From positions 25,746,628 through 25,810,627 of the forward strand of contig OZ037767.1 of the NCBI GenBank assembly GCA_964035545.1: 64,000 bases of DNA, read 5' to 3'. Position numbers and translations under genes: made by a program. Position 1 is the stretch's first letter; every line of letters begins with the position of its first letter. Origin of the DNA: Bugula neritina. Taxonomy: Eukaryota > Animalia > Bryozoa. Shown one piece after another: positions 13,201-25,925 of the stretch. The notes below the pieces were generated by a model. That model did no database searches and was not told the DNA's origin. It saw only the letters and a list, made by a program, of their open reading frames with translations.

Positions 13201-16200
13201 TACACCTCTGTATTACATGCTACTGTGTTATACACCTCTGTATTATATGCTACTGTGTTATACACCACTGTATTACATGCTACTGTGTTATATGTCTCAT
13301 ACACACACCCCGCACGCACAAACACTCACAAAATGCACTACACATACATATACATAACCCTATCTGTACACATATTTAAGGATTTGAATTTCATGTCTCC
13401 ACAGTGTCTCTCCATCTTTGTATCGAGTAAAGCCTCAGCCCTCACCACGGTCACCTAAGAACTCACAAGCTTGTGCTCTGGAGGAGTTTAACCAACTCGC
13501 CCCGCCTCTGCCCACCAGGTTGTCGAGGTTATCAAACCCTGATATTAGTCCAAACACCTCTTGTAACAGGTAAATGTGTGCACATTTCTGGTGGTCTTTT
13601 TAGATTATATTTATACGTTTAATATTTATGAATTGTTTAAGGCAGGTTATTCATTATTAGTCACTTATGATCTGCTTTATTGTAATTTGATGGCCTTTAA
13701 TATTGAAACATTTTGCCTTTTACCGTTTTAATATTAATAATAAGTCAGTTGCAGATGTAGTGTTTTGTTATATTTGCACTTAAAAAGAGTATGATATAGC
13801 CACTATAATTATTTCTATATTGCTAACTTTGTTAGAATGTTAGTTTATTTTTACTGTTCGTATATTAACCATATGTCTCGTATACTTTCATCACCGTTTC
13901 TCATGGTTTTCTTACAGTTCTATTCCAGAAGAAGGGAAGGAAGATAACTCCAGCCCGTTACATTCTTCTGTTGGTAGACAGAGTTCAGCCTCTTTAGCCG
14001 TCACCAAGGAGGAGCAATTGGCTCAGGCGATGAAAAAGAGAGATGCCTTGCTTAAACCTGAGGCTAACCCTGACTCTGCTAACAGCACCAGAGAGAGATG
14101 CAACCCTTCGCTCAGTGGTTCGTAACCTGAGACTTCCATATCGTGTCTAGTAGTTTTAACTGTTCAATACAGCAGATGCAGTTCATGTGTTGCTGCCAGA
14201 TTTGCAGTCATCTCTTCTTTACTAAAAGTTTGTATTTTTGTGATATCTTTTTGGAAAACTGGTAATCAAATTCAAAGTTGTCATCTCTCTGACTGGTATT
14301 GCCGTATGTGCTATTCAATTGTTTAATAAAAGCAATTATAATATTTTCAAAAGAAATTGAATAAAAAATTTAAACAAAATGATTCATATTTGGATGAAAA
14401 AATACCTAGTAAGTTAGGAGACTGTATTTCTGTCACCCACAGAGTGTTGCGTATTGTAGCAGCTTTGTGCTGCTAGAATACGCAACTACTGCATTACAAT
14501 TGAGAATAGACATTTAACATTCACTCTTGCTTTATGCAGGTTTACAGTGAATATTTTTATCTCTTATCTCTCAGTTTTTCTGAAGACTTTCAGCTGGAAG
14601 ATCAGATGTTATACCGTAGTTTGTCTATTTGTTTAGATGCTATGTGGCATGTCTTATATACGCTCGATTTTGCTACTTTGGAGTTGTTTTATCTCTGTAT
14701 GTAGTCACACTTGTGAGTTGTGCCCCCAATAGAGTATAGCCGTATAGTTGCTGAGCTGTAGGTAACTGTAGCTTGTATTGATATGATTTGCAGATGAGGA
14801 GCTGGTCCATACTATATCTCCAGCAAGTAAGTCGGGGGAAGGCACACCCACCCTTACTGAATCTACCCCTGTGAATGAGGGAGAAGGCTGTGTGTCTACT
14901 AATGACATGATAGAAGATGAACCGTTGTACCAGGAGTACCACGAGGTTATAATTAGAACCGTGAAACGCATCAGCAAGAGTAAGTAGCGTGTTATGAACA
15001 TGTATATACATAGTAAGTAATAGTGTAAGTTTGTAGCAAGGTTATTTTTGTAATGGAAGTTGACATACATGCTATTAGTAGGTATGTATATGATTGTTGC
15101 CAATATGTTGAAAACTGGTTTGCTGATGGTAGTTGAATATTAAGCTGGAATAACAAATATTTAGGTTATGGGAGTCCTATTTATAAAGTAATTGCAATGG
15201 AATTTAATAGAAAGAGCCCCTGCACTGCCTTGTAACCAAAGTGACTTGCTCAGGCCTTGGTGTAATAACAACTTTGTGTTAGAGAAAATCTCTCAATGGG
15301 TTGATTCAACTTTAAATAAATGGTTGATATTTTCCCAAATTATTCAAGTATTGTCACTTTCCAACCCGGTCTTCAAAAGTTATCTGAATATGGACATTCC
15401 GTCTCTAGTGTAGCTTATATGATGCAAGGTAACACTGCACCCTTTTTGATAATAAGTGATGTTCATTTCACAGTATGTGGAGGGCAGTACGAGGACCTAA
15501 CTCTAGGTAGGTGACTGTAGAGACACTCCGCAGGCAATCTGTAGTACAGTTTGCCAATAGATTCTTTCTCTATCCTCAGACTCTTGACAATCTTATTTTA
15601 TAGCAGTACCAGCTTCTGCATGCATTTTATTAGTGGCATGTTACTTTTCATCAACCTTTTGAAAGGCATGAGTATGAAACTGTTCATCGCTGCTGCCCAT
15701 GTTTTGGGAGAATGACTCTCGCTGTGGGGGGGTCAGCCGCGTACCCGACCCTATTCAGGCTGTTACTCTAGCTTGGTTAGTCTAGCCTACATTGGCACTG
15801 AATCTTCTCACCTTACCACACATATAGATAGCGTATCATGGGATCTCGGTGTCAATCAGTTGACCTGAGTCAGATAGGGATGGGGTCATAAATTTTTCTT
15901 TATATTGTCATTACAGCATCAACTCTGATGAGAGGAGGCCAACCTACCAACTCTTTGTGGTCTACGACAGTCTCTGTAGTAAACAGTGGTGTTCTGGACC
16001 AGATGAGCAGCGAAGAGATCAAACTACAGGAAGCCATGTTTGAGGTGCGTCATCTTATTCTGTTATGTAGAGGTCAGTTTAGTGTCATCTACTCATAGAG
16101 CTCCATGTCTCTAGAAGTCTATGTGAATTCAATAACTAGAGTGGGTTCTTATATGATAGAGGGAGAGCTAGACTGAGAGCTGCTCTAAGGGTGTTTTCAC

Positions 16201-19200
16201 AACATAATGCCTAAAGAACTTAGTCTACATGATTTGTAGAAGTTATTGCTACCATACTAAACATATGACTCCGTTGTATAAATAAAAAACTTCATGTCAT
16301 GTTTTTGCTAGTTTTTTGGCTTTCTAGTATGTAATTCGTTGTGTATTTTCTTCACACACAAGCAGACAGATGAAATAAACTGCAATTATGTTGATAGATG
16401 TCGTTATAAATTGTATTGTGAAGAAGCTACACTCGGCGTATGTATCTGTATTGCTTATGTTTGGCAGGTAGTAACATCTGAAGCCTCATACCTGCGTAGT
16501 CTGAATATTCTGAACCAAGTGTTTGTAAACTCTCCACAGTTTACTAATGATGAAATCTTGTCTGCAAGAGATAAGAAACAGCTTTTCTCTAACATAGCGG
16601 CAGTAACAGACGTCTCTACCAGGTATCTGCTTTATTCACAACATGGGGTACCCTACTACATTATGGTGGTATTTCCCCCTCTACTGCACAGTGGTATCCC
16701 CTTATATTGCACAGCGGTATTCCCCACAGATGGCACAGTAGTATTCCCCCTATACTGTACAGTTGGAATCCCCATATACTACATATAGTGGTATTTTCTC
16801 CATACTGCTTTTCCTGTTCAACTTCTGAAATTTAACTATTTATTATTTAGGAAAAAATAAAGTCTCATGTAAAATGTTAGAGAAAAATTGGTTTTTAGCT
16901 AGTTTAAGTCAACTTTTCAGCTAAAAGATTCAGTATTTCATATGATTGGTTGCCACAGAGTACAAATACAAATACTAGTTGACTAAAAGATATATATTTA
17001 TATGAAGCCATATACAATAAATATTGTGATGTATATTCACCCTACTCTGTATTCTCTCCAGGTTATTTGCAGAGCTGGAAGCTCACTGGAAGAGTAACGT
17101 CATACTGACGGGGGTATGTGAAATCATATCTAAATATGCCTACAAAGAGTTTGATGTTTACATCAAGTACTGCAGCAATCAGGCCTACCAGGACCGCACC
17201 ATAAAGAAGTTACTCGAGTAAGTTCATCACGTAATCTGTATTGTGACATCATAATCTGTCTTTGTCAGTTTCAAAGTGATAGCCTCTATTCTATCCTAAT
17301 TGTAGGGCGAGTCCGGGCTTTCAGGAAGCCCTCGATGTTTTGGAAAAGAGTCCTGAGTGCCACGGGCTATCCATGTCATCGTTTCTGCTGCTGCCAATGC
17401 AAAGGGTGACCAGACTCCCCCTGCTTTTGGATGCCGTACAGAGGCGCATGGAGGTGTCTTCAGAGCAGTACAGAAGTGCTCAGGCGTGTTATGAACGCGT
17501 CAAAAAGGTATTAATACTCTGTAAAATACTATACATGTGTACTCTGTAACATACTCTAAATCTGTAATATTACATTGAGTTATAGTTCAAGATAGTGTAT
17601 ATTTTTCGCATCAATTATTTGGTAAAATACAGTTCAACTGTGTACTGTAATTTCTGAATGACTCTACAATACAGGTGGTGAGCGGATGCAATGAAGGTGC
17701 AAGAAAGATGGAACAAACAGAACAAGTCCTCAACATAGAGAATAAGCTTTCGTTTAATAAACTCAAGGTCAGGATTACTCTGAGCTGCCATGTTTACCTG
17801 CTCATTATGTAACGGGCTGTTGGTTTAATGTTAAACATATTGTTCTATTTCTAGAAAATACCCTTGACCTCTGCCTCTAGACGTCTGATAAAGAAAGGAG
17901 AGATCTTGTCATTCTCGTCTGACGGTGGACGTTCCACAAATCTAAAACCAAAAAATATTTTCCTGTTTTTATTCAATGATCTTCTTCTCATCACTAAGAA
18001 AAAGGGGTAAGTGTTCGGTCTGCTGTATAACCCATTCCTCTAGTCTACTGCATCACTCATCCCTCTAGTCTACTGTATGACCCATTCCTCTACTCTCTAG
18101 TCTACTGTATGACTCATCCCTCTAGTCTACTGCATGACTCACCCCTCTAGTCTACTGCATGACTCACCCCTCTAGTCTACTGCATGACTCATTCTTCTAG
18201 TCTACTGTATGACTCATTCCTCTAGTCTGATGATTGAGTCATCTCTCTAGTCTACTGCATGAGTCATTCCTCTAGTCTGCTGTATGAGTCATTCCTCTAG
18301 TCTACTGTATGAGTCATCTTTCTAGTCTATTGTATGACTCATTCCTCTAGTCTGATGATTGAGTCATCTCTCTAGTCTACTGCATGACTCATTCCTCTAG
18401 TCTGATGAATGACTCATTCCTCCAGTCTGATGATTGAGTCACATATAATGCAGCCTCGAGTGAATAACTTCTTTCGATTATTCTAGAGAATACTACTCGG
18501 TGATAGACTATACAGCCAGAGTGAATGTTGAAGCAGAGGAGTGGGCGTCTGCCAACCTTAAGGATAGCCGAGTGAACTCCTTAGCTCAGAAATCTCAGGC
18601 TAAGTTCCTCTTCATGCTGGTGCTGTTGGAGAACCACCAGAAGAAACATGCTGAGTTTCTGCTGGGCTGCAATACTGAGTAAGCCGTTCCGCCAATCACT
18701 GATGTTGTTTCATTTTATAACAGCCAATTGTTGTAAGATCTGTTTTGAGCTGACCAATCAAGTTTCGTGACTAGGTGGTGACTCACTATATATGTAATAC
18801 TAATAGTTTGTACAGCAGAATAAAATAACATGATATAATATTATATAGCATGATGTAATATAACATAACATGATATATATAACATAATATATTATAATAT
18901 ATATAATAGTAAATGTTTTCTTTAGAACTGAAAGGACCAGGTGGACCGAAGCATTCTCATCTTCTGCCCAGTCCACTGAATCTGGTGAAAAAATATATGA
19001 AATCTGGGGTGAGTCATCACTAATAACTCTTGTTACCATGGCGATATACGATAAGCACGATATACGATGAGCACGCTTTGTTCTGTATACATTATCCTCT
19101 AATTTACCTGCGCTCTGTGTTAACAGATTGTCCGCAAGTACAAGTGGCTCACAACTATGTTGCCCAACAACCAGACGAGTTGAACCTCGAAACTGGCGAC

Positions 19201-19962
19201 GTCGTCAACGTCCTCAGGAAAACTAAAGATGGTAAGAGAAAGCTGATGTACCCGCATTATTTCTCAGTGTATAGTTTCCAGCTCACCAACTCCAACTAAG
19301 TAGTTCATAGACATCTTCTGAAATGCTTGTTATTTATCTTGACTAAAACTTTGTTCTATTGATGGTGGTCTTTGACCAAATAAACAAAGTTGGGCCAATC
19401 TTGGGTAGTTGTTATAGTAAATATTTGCGAAGTCTGCATAGCTGATGAATTAATAAGTAGAATTAATCTTGTTACAGTGTCATCATCTCCAGTGCTTACA
19501 CTATATTACAACTTTCTGTCTGTCTGTCCATCTTTTACATTGGCACATGTTTTCATACATATATGCTACTCCCGATCCTTTACATTTATAATGCCTTCAG
19601 TTTGATCAAGTTTCATCTTGTCACTATCCAAGCATGTTGTACAGTTATTCACCTGTACAACTGTATACCTGTACACCTGTACACCTCTATACCTGTACAC
19701 CTGTACCTGTATGCCTGTACACCTGTACCTGTATACCTGTACCTATACACCTGTATACCTGTACACCTATATACCTGTACACTTATATACCTGTACACCT
19801 GTAGGTTGGTACGAGGGAGAAAGAGTGACTGATGGCCAGACAGGCTGGCTGCCTTCCAGCTATACCTTTGAACTTCAGAATGACCATGTCAAGGCCAAGC
19901 ATCTCAAAGAACGATACAAGTTATTGCAGCTAGCAGCGCAAATACAAAATAATATCAAATAG
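4209..19962 (+). CDS. Exn: Ephexin-family Rho guanine nucleotide exchange factor (NGEF/ARHGEF16/ARHGEF26-like): long disordered N-terminus, DH, PH, SH3; about 1242 aa
   Basis: Phase-consistent GT-AG exon chain: 4209-4629, 6929-7135, 9779-9933, 11375-11485, 11725-12044, 12441-12827, 13025-13177, 13405-13569, 13918-14117, 14794-14979, 15917-16044, 16468-16622, 17062-17217, 17306-17507, 17675-17767, 17855-18006, 18487-18678, 18926-19008, 19127-19231, 19805-19962 (3729 nt). Family hallmarks: DEPLYQEY; LWS...[20 protein letters not shown]; [11 protein letters not shown]; [16 protein letters not shown]; CNEGARKME; [15 protein letters not shown]; SH3 with [15 protein letters not shown] and GWYEGER..GWLP. 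The N-terminal exons are less certain than the DH-PH-SH3 exons, and the symbol is a family-level call. Confidence 0.92.
8837..9174. repeat. Intronic minisatellite, 19-bp unit CTACTGTTAGACTGAGCTC, about 18 copies
   Basis: Directly visible tandem array. The variant unit CTACTGTCATACTAAGTTC/T recurs. Confidence 0.95.
11001..11374 (+). repeat. Intronic minisatellite of 17 x 22-bp units TTGTCTTCTCTCTGTATTACAG, ending exactly at the acceptor of exon 11375
   Basis: 374 bp = 17 x 22. Each unit is a pyrimidine tract plus YAG. Confidence 0.95.
13192..13292. repeat. 30-bp tandem repeat, about 3.3 copies, just after a splice donor
   Basis: Unit ACTGTGTTATACACCTCTGTATTACATGCT. Confidence 0.85.
15474..15506 (+). 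CDS. Candidate 33-nt symmetric (phase 1-1) microexon of the ephexin gene, encoding [11 protein letters not shown]
   Basis: ttcatttcacag|TATGTGGAGGGCAGTACGAGGACCTAACTCTAG|gtaggt. It is in frame between exons 14794-14979 and 15917-16044 and has no stop. Confidence 0.5.
18032..18441. repeat. Intronic 25-bp minisatellite (consensus TGACTCATTCCTCTAGTCTACTGCA) carrying 14 TGA(C/G)TCA sites
   Basis: The array fills most of intron 18007-18486. Heptamers start at 18110 and recur every 25 bp to 18435. Confidence 0.93.
19651..19804. repeat. Degenerate CTGTACAC/CTGTATAC short tandem repeat ending at the acceptor of the last ephexin exon
   Basis: Visible 6-8 bp units. There is no AG until the terminal ctgtag at 19804. 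Confidence 0.88.
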
Positions 19963-20845
19963 TAAAGCAACAATGCTCATAACTAAATAGCATTATGCTT
20001 ATGGAGGGGATATTATTAAAGCAGTTGTTTTTTATTTGGAAATTAAGATATTTGATTTGTTATAATTTCCCAAAGATAGAGAGAGGATTTGACTGCAGGT
20101 ACATGTTGGAGTAAATTCACTTAGCATTCAGTGTTATGAGAATATGCTAAATACCAGTCTGCTGGCTGCTACTGCATTCCTTTTAGCTGCAATAAAGGAG
20201 AAATTTCAATTGCCTGGGCTCTTTAATTGTTTTTATAAGTTTAGGGTGAAAGTTGAACATTTCTTAAAAAGTATTTATGGAAAGCAGGCTTTTCAAATTT
20301 CTTACCACACATACATCCACTTTTAATAAGTATCTTCATTAAACAAGAAATTTGATGTTGAATGATGCAAAATTGTATTAATAATTTTTACCGCTGCAAT
20401 CATTTCATCAATATTTTTGCATTTGATTGGATTTTCTTGTAAATAATATGATGGTGCTTTAGATTATATCTGTGTTTATGTTGTACTATAAATATATTAT
20501 ATCTAGTATAATACATTGAATTATAGTATTGTTGTATTTTTCATAACAAATTATGTATAGTATTGTCATACATGTTACATTTCAAATGACCAACTTTTAG
20601 CTCAATGGTAGTACATATTGCATACAAAAATTTTCATTCATTCAATCGTACTTTAATGATTTTAGTATCATTTTATATTTCATGAATTATCACCCTACTG
20701 TAAATTATGATATATAATTCAATTGATAATTCACTATTTTTATACTAATCTGTAGATGTTTACAAAATTTTTATAGCAACTTTATTTATATTGCATGTGA
20801 AGTGTGTTACAGGCATTTGTATTTAGTATGTCCATCAAGTTGATA

Positions 20846-20851
20846 AATAAA
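20846..20851 (+). terminator. Candidate polyadenylation signal of the ephexin gene
   Basis: AATAAA (overlapping an ATTAAA) about 0.9 kb after the stop, followed by T/GT-rich sequence. Confidence 0.35.
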
Positions 20852-21664
20852 TTAAAAATTATACATACATTGTCAAAGTACCTGTTTTGTCTTATGTAGT
20901 ATGTTAGTCCAAGTTCTGACTTCTATCTCCTGAAAATATATTTAGAACAGAGTACGCTACATCTTGTTTCATAAATGACACAGACGCTAGCTATATTATA
21001 TTATACTTGTAAATTATAAAATCATTGGTTTAGTAAAGTTAAAGTAAAAATAGGCATGGACATACTATTTATAGTAAACAGGAGTAGATATGTAGGCATT
21101 TTGGTCAGGTGTTGCATTTGTTATTTTGACAATTATTCCATCACTCTTGGTTGCTTTACTTACTACAAAGTCTAGAAATTTTAAAGCTCATGTGTTTTTT
21201 GTATTATAATCTGGTTTCTGCACATGTGATATTATAGGTTAGAAAATATCATGATGCATTGAACTAAAGTACTATGTATGTACATCCCATCTGGCAAACT
21301 TACATTGAAATCTTGTGAACTAGCTCAAAATTGTAACTTCAACAGAATCAATTCATCTTTATATTCTTAATATACTTAATTAGGAAATTATGTTAGAGTT
21401 TTTTTTGCATAATCTCCAATAATTTGGCTACAAAATCAATAATATGATTTATCTGCAAGTTAAAGATAATTATTAAGTGCATAAAAATATTATTATTTAT
21501 CATTAATGACGTAAGTGTACATCATCATACAGCAATTCACAAAGTATGATCTTATTGATTGTTACATCAGATGAAATAAAGAGCAACAATTGAGTGTATT
21601 GTTTACTATAATTATACTGCAACAGTAGAGCATTGTTTTTATAAACATTACCAAAGGAACTGAT

Positions 21665-24600
21665 ATGGACAGCTCGTACGCCAGGGTTAGGGTGAGCAAG
21701 TCAGCTTCTGCTATTGAAGGACGACTGGCAGTGGAACAGTTAGCTTTCGGTCAGCAAAGCATAATAGTAAATTCACATACATACCAGTTTTACGAGTCAG
21801 AAAAGAAAGCAACTGGATTGGCTGATAATAACTTATTCTTGGTTTACATGCTTCAGACAATATTTGGAAAAGCTAAGCAAGATCCAACGCTAATAAATAA
21901 TTGGCTAGAAGCTACAGGAATTGGAATTAAACGAGGAAATGATTCACTTTTAAATGTTAGAAACAAAAGACTATCTCTGGATAACAAAGAAATAAGCTTT
22001 TCTAAACATTTAAGGTTAAGACACTATTTTGTTTATTTGCTGTTTTTTATATTCTATTTTAAATAAGTGACCAATTCTTGGGATTCAGCTAACGTGATTG
22101 CATACTTACTGCTTACTTCTACTTGTTTTTTTCAACAACTTGGTTTTAACAAAATGTGTATTTTTTCTAAAACAGGCTAATTGTGTTCAAATTAGGAAAG
22201 TAAAGATGGAGGATGAATTAAAAGCTGAGCAAGAAGCTAATTATTTAAAGTCAAATATGGAAACTATACAGATCTGTGAAAGGTAAGATGCTTTCTGGTC
22301 TATTATAATTCATATGTTATATTGAAGCCTACAGACACATATAAACGGGATATTCAGTAAAAACTAATTAGTCTGATACTGGCGTAAAAGTTCTGTTAGA
22401 CTGTGAAAATATAGTGAAACTCAAAATACAAAGCTGTCCATGCTGAGCAATTCCAACCTCAAATAAATTATGACATGATGATTAACTGCATTTTTCTTCA
22501 AGCATTTTTTACAACCTTATGTACATGTCTTTAAATGGTATACAGTTTAAACAAAATTATCAATATGCTGATTACTAACAAATTGAGTCAAAACTATTTG
22601 ATACAATTTCTACTTCTAAAGCAGTCTTGGCCTACATTGGTGTTATAATTATACAACTATTCTCTTTTAGATGTGGGCTGAGCTTTGGGAATCCAGCTGC
22701 TCTAGAAGAACATGCACAGAGCTGCAGAGATCTGCTGGAGAAATACAGATACAAGGAGAAAGTGAAACCAGCAAATTATATTCACTGTACTTTCTGTGGC
22801 ATGAGGTGTCAGGATCAGCATGAATACAAGAAGGTAACAGAACTCATTTTACCAGCTTCCTAAATGTAGGGACTTATTGAAGTTAGTCGTAACTGCTAGA
22901 AACTAATATTTGCTATTTTAAAATGCACACTAAATTAGTAGCATGGTGTGTATGCTTTATGGCTTATTATATTTCAATAAGAAGTTCCAACATAAATTTC
23001 GATTTGACTAAGTTTGACTGTAATTTTGACGCTACAAAATGTACATCTGTAATACTGCAGTTGGTATTAATATAATATTACAAAATATTGCCCATACTAT
23101 ATTAATAGCAGTATTATATATCAAATTATTTTCACAATAATTATTGTAGATAGAATTTTACTTGTTGATGCAAACTTAAATAGAAAACTTTTTAAAAATT
23201 GAACCATATATAATATATGGTTTAGCCATATATAATATAAAGCCCAGCTACATTTCTGTAGATATAAGTTGTTTGATTTTTAGCCCCTATATATTCCAAT
23301 TATATAAAAAAAACAAATTTAAGTATAGATATAAAAGTTGTAATATACTGGTTATTAACAACTGGCATAGTAATGTAGGCATATAAAAGGCTTAATAACT
23401 ATAAAGAGAAGAGCAATTATAGAACAGAATTTTTAAGTAATGAGCACTGAAGCCCAGCTTAACTTACGACTAGAAGCTTTGATTTTACACCAAAACCTAT
23501 TTTATACTCAGAGTACATTCGCCACCATTGATTGTATTGGTGACAAATAATGAATGTTTATTTTTACTATTGACTAAGTAATAAAAAACAAATAACAAAA
23601 ACATTAGATTGTACATTAATTAATGACTGATTGGCTATGAAGCTTTATAACAAATTGATAACCTTGAAGCATAAACATAATTATTATATTTAATTACCTC
23701 TTGCCTCTTTAGTGGCCTAGCTATATACAATTGGAGGAAAATTACTTGGAAATAAAACTGCACTTTAACTTTTTAGTTCTTTGACTACTGTAACTCACTG
23801 ACTTGTGGTCTTGGTGCTTCCACAGTTTAAAATAGCTTTAGATAGCTTTAAATAGCTTTAAAGTTTAAACAGTATAGCCAAGGAACAGATGGGCTATGCA
23901 CCCAATGGCAAGTTATTCAAAGCCCCCAAACTAACACAACTCAAAGCACTCTGCTAGCTAGCTCTGTTATTATCTTGTCATTTTTAGATAAAGACTGCTT
24001 TGTTATAAAGAAAATAACACCAAGTACATACATACAAAGACATGTCTCTTTATTACAATCAATCATTTAAAAAACTAAGAAAGTAGCGTAAGTTTACATA
24101 TAGCAGTCAAGAACTTAAAGCTTCCAGTTTTTCTTTAAAAAATTGATATAATTTTGTTTGCTTTTTGCTATAGCACTACAACCAGTACCACGTCAACAGA
24201 AACTTGCTCTATTGCTGTAAATTCTGCAACAAAAAGCAGGCATTTACTGATAAAAGAAAGCTTTCAACCCACCAGCAAACTGACTTTGTCTGTAAAGTTT
24301 GCCAAAAGTCTTTTGACAATCGCCGACATCTGAACCTTCACCTGACCAACAAAAATCATGATTTACAAAGAAGAATCGGTACGTACATACAGACAGGTGC
24401 AAACAACTCTTCGCCTAATTAACAAATATTATCCACAAATGTTTTGTCCCAATTCTAAAAAAAGTTGGAGTGCAGCAGCAACACCCAAACATTTAATTTG
24501 GAACTTGAGATAAGTAAAAATCAGCAAATCCTAAAATAAAAAAGTTGTTTTAAGATTACAGGTTTTAACAAGAAACTCTTATATTCTACTACAACATATT

Positions 24601-24977
24601 CAGTCTAAAATTAAAGAATTGTATCTGTAAAAAAGCAAAATATTTCAACTGTTCAACAATTTTAAATTTATATTTACATTTGATCGCAAAAACTGCTTTT
24701 AATATGTAAAACTTTTACTCATTTCTTGGCATGTCTTGCAGAGAGATCAGAAAAAACAGTTTCAAATAAACCTAAAATTACGGTAGCAGATGTGATGGAA
24801 ACAATAGACAGGGTTGAGCCTGCAAACCTCCCTACAGGTTTCAGTTTTATGTCAGTTAGAGTGAGTCAACCAAATGAGTCATCAGCCACTGATAGCCAAC
24901 TGGCGTATGTCCCTGAAACTACTTATCGTCATGGTTACATTTTACAAACAGCTTTCACTGCAACACCCTTTCCATGA
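21665..24977 (+). CDS. Zinc-finger protein (one C2HC plus 2-3 C2H2-type fingers), about 346 aa
   Basis: Exons 21665-22014, 22196-22282, 22671-22833, 24174-24378, 24742-24977 (1041 nt, phase-consistent). Fingers: CERCGLSFGNPAALEEHAQSC, CTFCGMRCQDQHEYKKHYNQYH, degenerate CKFC...STH, CKVCQKSFDNRRHLNLHLTNKNH. AATAAA at 25003-25008. The exon 1-2 junction is the least certain. Confidence 0.75.
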
Positions 24978-25925
24978 TATCTGTGTAGTGCTCAGTATAC
25001 ACAATAAACACAACTTCCCATGGCGTGGGTGTAGCAATGAGTAAACAGCATTTAACACAACTTTCGAAGTAAAAATGTGTTCTTATAAATATGTCATTAC
25101 ATATGTGTATTATAATTTTTCAATATAGTGACTTTATTTATATTTAAAATGCAGTGTTGATATATAAATTAAAATTTGAAGTTACAAAATGCTTGATAAT
25201 AATTTTTGTTGATGTTTCAATTAAGTATAAATAAATACAAAGTTTGTGCTAATTTCTATTCTCTTCTTTTACATTAAACCTTGATTGAGTTCATACATTG
25301 ACTGTTAATACACTGACAAATCTTATTCTCTTATAATACGCCATCTATTTTAAAAATACTTTCTAATGTGAACGTTGAAACCATTTAAAGATACATTACC
25401 TAATATTTTAAAGTTCACTTAATTTGCACAAATTTTATAATTTCATAAATTGATTGACAAAGAAGTGCAATTGACTGCAATTTTCATAGATCATTCAACT
25501 TGAAAAAATATTTTTAGCATCTTTGCGGACAAAAAGAAGGTACAAATCCAACAAGAGTCAGCTGTTAAACAGCACATTTTTATTAGCAACATGAAGGAAA
25601 TTATGACATGATGAGAAATAAAATTTGAATTTCAGCAAAGAATTGTGACATTGCATAATAAAGCATAATAATAATGATTTAAAGTAGAAAACATAAATCT
25701 GTATATTGCATAGCGTACATGTGAAAATATCTACAGTGTAATGTTGAACATCCATTTTATAGTCAGAAAATGATATAATAATTTGCAACAAAAAGGGGTT
25801 TAGATTACAACTCTAACAGTATTCTGTATCTAATACAAGAACAGCAACATGAGTGAGCCAATATATTGACAGCATAGTCCAAGTACTGCTTTTTAATTTA
25901 ACAGCAAATGCGATTTGAATCCTTC

